A DNA stretch of 64,000 nucleotides, from positions 2,720,001 to 2,784,000 of the forward strand of contig OY820905.2 of NCBI GenBank assembly GCA_963555755.3, read 5' to 3'. The notes under the pieces are model-generated. The model saw only the letters and a list, made by a program, of their open reading frames with translations. It was not told the DNA's origin and did not search any database. Source of the DNA: Nitrospirales bacterium (GTDB lineage Bacteria > Nitrospirota > Nitrospiria > Nitrospirales > UBA8639). Positions 61,278 to 64,000 of the stretch are shown here, piece by piece; the stretch's first letter is position 1; every line of letters starts with the position of its first letter. Made by a program: the position numbers and the translations under genes.

Positions 61278-61937
61278 ATGAGCCACGCGTACTGTGACCA
61301 GGTCACTTCTCTCTGCAGAGGGAAGCGTTTCCCCGTTTTGTCTTTCCTGACGTGTCTTTTTGTGTTGTTCATGCATCAAGGTTCTGTTACGGCCGTAGAA
61401 TCGGGTTCAGCTACCGAAGCCGTCAAGGAAACGATCGATCAGGTCTTGGTCATTCTTGGTGATGAAAAAATCAAAAAACCTGAGCATACCGATGAACGTC
61501 TCGCAGCTCTGGAAAAAGTGATAGCCAAACGGTTTGACTATGAAGAAATGGGGAAGCGCACGCTAGGCCGTACATGGAAAACGTTGAACGCCGCCCAACA
61601 GAAGGAGTTTGTAGAATTGTTCCAAGTATTCCTGTCGAATACGTATGCCGGAAATGTAGATGGATACTCAGGAGAGCGGGTGGAGTATATTAAGGAGCGT
61701 CGCAAGGGAAAATTCGCGGAGGTCCAAACCAAGGTCATTTCGGAAAAGTCTGAAGTGCGGCTTGATTATCGCCTTCTGAAGAATTCTAACTCATGGCGTG
61801 TCTATGATGTGGTCATCGACGGAGTCAGTTTGGTCAAGAATTTCCGTGGACAGTTTGCCCGGATCATCAAAACGACTGGACTTGAGGGTCTCCTAAAAAA
61901 ACTTCGTTCTAAGATCGCTAAAACAGCAGTGAAATAA
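61278..61937 (+). CDS. MlaC/Ttg2D-family phospholipid-binding periplasmic protein
   Basis: Signal peptide, FDYEEMGKRTLG..W, LDYRL, WRVYDVVIDGVSLVKNFRGQF. Confidence 0.88.
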   Translation: MSHAYCDQVTSLCRGKRFPVLSFLTCLFVLFMHQGSVTAVESGSATEAVKETIDQVLVILGDEKIKKPEHTDERLAALEKVIAKRFDYEEMGKRTLGRTWKTLNAAQQKEFVELFQVFLSNTYAGNVDGYSGERVEYIKERRKGKFAEVQTKVISEKSEVRLDYRLLKNSNSWRVYDVVIDGVSLVKNFRGQFARIIKTTGLEGLLKKLRSKIAKTAVK

Positions 61938-62327
61938 TTTCTCTTCTGCAGGCGTTGTTGCACAATTGGCCAGTCGTTTTGGATGTGTGTCTCGAATTTC
62001 TGGTCTTCCCCAAATAGTGAGAAATTTTAATGGACTTTTGAGGGGAAGGAATTTATAGAAAGGACAGGCTTGGCCCCCTATGCAGGAGCTGGCGAGGCTC
62101 TCGTTTTGCCGAGCCGGTGAGGGCCGAGGGTTCAAATCCCTTTTCCCGCTCCAAATTTCCTTCATTGCGTTTCCGAACTACTTACATTTCACCATGAGCT
62201 AGAAAATTTTCTGGATTTGAACCCACGACCGTGGATTTGAAAAGGGGTGTGTCCCCGTTGCGGAGTGTTCAGGGGGTCAGCCAATACTCTGAACCTCAAA
62301 GGCTTCCTCAATGGGTGTAGCTTTGTC

Positions 62328-62483
62328 CTAAAGACTGCCCGGAGGGCCGAGAATATTCTGAGTGTCCTGTGGGCAACTCATGGCAGCCTGTTCAGGTCCA
62401 TCAGGAACCCATCGTTTGAGCATGGTAGCCAAAACTTCTGCCGTAATCGGTTTCGCGATATAATCATCCATCCCAGCTTCCAA
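62328..62483 (-). pseudogene. C-terminal fragment of a receiver domain (hybrid-kinase type)
   Basis: LEAGMDDYIAKPITAEVLATMLKRWVP...*, cut off upstream by a degenerate family A MITE fragment (about 62484..62560). Confidence 0.65.
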
Positions 62484-62803
62484 ATTCTCGGCCTTCGGGC
62501 TCACCGACTTGGCGCTCTTCGCACCGTTCGCGTGGCGAGCGCCCTTTTTGAACAGTCCCTTCTCCTTCTGCCGCTTGAGGGTAGGTGTCAGGGAAGCCTG
62601 CTATCGGGAATTTTTTGAATTATTCAACAGGCCCATTCAGCCTGAATTTCGCAGTAGGAGATGTGATCTGTTACTCATCGCTCGTGGTCCATATCTCGCT
62701 GTTAGCGAGCGACGAACGACAAAATGATGAAGCACCATCAAGGCGAGTTCAACTGCCATTTCTTAGGTTGAAGCACGGCGGAAAAGAATCTAAGGACCTG
62801 AGG

Positions 62804-64000
62804 CAATACTGTTCACTTAGATATCTTCGGTGGTTTGATGGATGGTGTCCAGTCAATTTGCGCAACGGGCGGTCTCGGACGTTTGTACGGTGCGTATGGA
62901 GAGTTTCGGCGTTTCACCATCCTCGGCTTGATTTTTCCACGACTGGATTCACACAACAGTTTCGCCGTCGCCTCAAACAGCAGCCGATACCATGTTTTTT
63001 GGCGCTCAGGGGGGAAGGGCCCCAGATTGGGGCAGGGTTCGACGCACTAACTGCACCGTGGCCGTAAAAGATACCGTGCGGTCAGGGATGTCTGCCTGGG
63101 TGGCCCCTTGATACATCAACCAGCGCACGGCGTAGTGGGCCATCACCCATCCGTAGAACTCTTGACGCACCAACTCTGGCGTTTTACTGCGCAGGACGCG
63201 ACGACGTTGCCTCAGGTGCGTCTTCAGCTCATCAAACACCAATTCCACCTCCCAGCGCTCGTGATACAGTTGAGCCAGGTCCTGGGCGGGTGCGCCTTGG
63301 TCATCCAGCAGCGTGGTGACGAGACGGTACAGCGGTTCGCTATTGGGCCCCTGCGGTAAGACATACTCAATCACCCTGATGGCGATCCCATCAATTCGCT
63401 TTCTTCTGGCGCGTTCACTGGGATACAGATGGCTCAGGTACGAGCCATCGTCCAACAGCTTGTCAACTGGAAGGATCAAGCTCTTCGGCATGCGCCAGAG
63501 TAGTTGCGCTCCGGTCTGAAGGCCGGCCTGCCAATGGGCGTACCCGACAAAGCCGCGATCGGCCATGCAGAGCATGTCGGGCGTGAGGCGACGCACCAAG
63601 GGCGCGGCCACCTCCCATTCGGCCTGCTTATAGGCCCCTAGTTCGGCATCCAAAATGGCGTGACTGGCACATTCCGTCAAAATGGCGCACTGGGCTTGGG
63701 GGTAGCCGGCCTGCCCGGTTCGGCTCCCTGGGTACCCAAAGGCTTGCACATTGGCTTCCTCATCCGGGACCTCAAAGTTGGAGCCATCTATCGCGACGAG
63801 TCGGTAGCCTGCAAAAAAGGCGTGGGCATGCTCTGGACGAGCCAACGGGCGCAAGCAGCGCTGTCCAATGGCTTTCAGCGCCTTCCACGTCAGCCGTGAG
63901 CGGGCTTTGCTGATGGCTGATTTGACAACGGTCACGGGAGCAACGGGTTTGTGGTCTTTCCATGCCAGCCCTTGGGCCACAGCGGCAAACACCGCTTCGT
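62804..64000 (-). mobile_element. IS4-family element, running off the window
   Basis: Terminal IR caatactgttcacttag at 62804..62820 and the transposase ORF. Confidence 0.85.
63006..64000 (-). CDS. IS4-family transposase (5'-truncated by the window; probable frameshift extension to 62813)
   Basis: SAISKARSRL, LVAIDGS, ADRGF, YRLVTTLLD, LYHERWEVELVFDELKTH, LRSKTPELVRQE. Confidence 0.92.
   Translation of the reverse strand, partial: EAVFAAVAQGLAWKDHKPVAPVTVVKSAISKARSRLTWKALKAIGQRCLRPLARPEHAHAFFAGYRLVAIDGSNFEVPDEEANVQAFGYPGSRTGQAGYPQAQCAILTECASHAILDAELGAYKQAEWEVAAPLVRRLTPDMLCMADRGFVGYAHWQAGLQTGAQLLWRMPKSLILPVDKLLDDGSYLSHLYPSERARRKRIDGIAIRVIEYVLPQGPNSEPLYRLVTTLLDDQGAPAQDLAQLYHERWEVELVFDELKTHLRQRRRVLRSKTPELVRQEFYGWVMAHYAVRWLMYQGATQADIPDRTVSFTATVQLVRRTLPQSGALPP

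Larger units (their letters stand above)
59800..62154. mobile_element. tRNA-Gly-anchored genomic islet
   Basis: 36-bp direct repeat of the tRNA 3' half with one mismatch, at 59800..59835 and 62119..62154. Confidence 0.8.

Overview
Bacterial chromosomal window of roughly 50% GC. The gene set, the many PBS-lyase HEAT proteins and the repeat style suggest Nitrospirota/Nitrospirales; this is inference only, with no search run. The housekeeping backbone is a HAD hydrolase, queE, pepA, nagZ, a tatA-like gene, a CPA2/Kef antiporter, leuCD, mreBCD-mrdA-rodA-rng, dprA-topA, tRNA-Leu-tig-clpP-clpX, tRNA-Ser-ffs-dnaX-ybaB-recR, suhB, a four-gene HEAT-repeat operon and ugd. Accessory regions lie at both ends. 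The left one (1-9.2 kb) has toxin-antitoxin modules interleaved with three copies of a coding-derived ~105-bp repeat, a three-lipoprotein M48 operon, and a tRNA-Leu(GAG)-anchored islet holding an IS66 with a DUF4338-like passenger. The right one (59.8-64 kb) has a tRNA-Gly-anchored islet with a decayed IS5 and an mlaC-like gene, then an IS4 with a probable +1 frameshift. The most unusual signal is intergenic: at least six MITE families. Four of them have unrelated terminal repeats, three with clearly different target duplications, yet carry the same covarying structured core (helix-AAGG...hairpin...ACGCC-helix). There are also nested mini-hairpins, a frame-preserving 163-bp MITE inside a coding region, and inverted heptamer arrays. 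No CRISPR, rRNA or integrase was seen. All family assignments come from motif recognition by eye.
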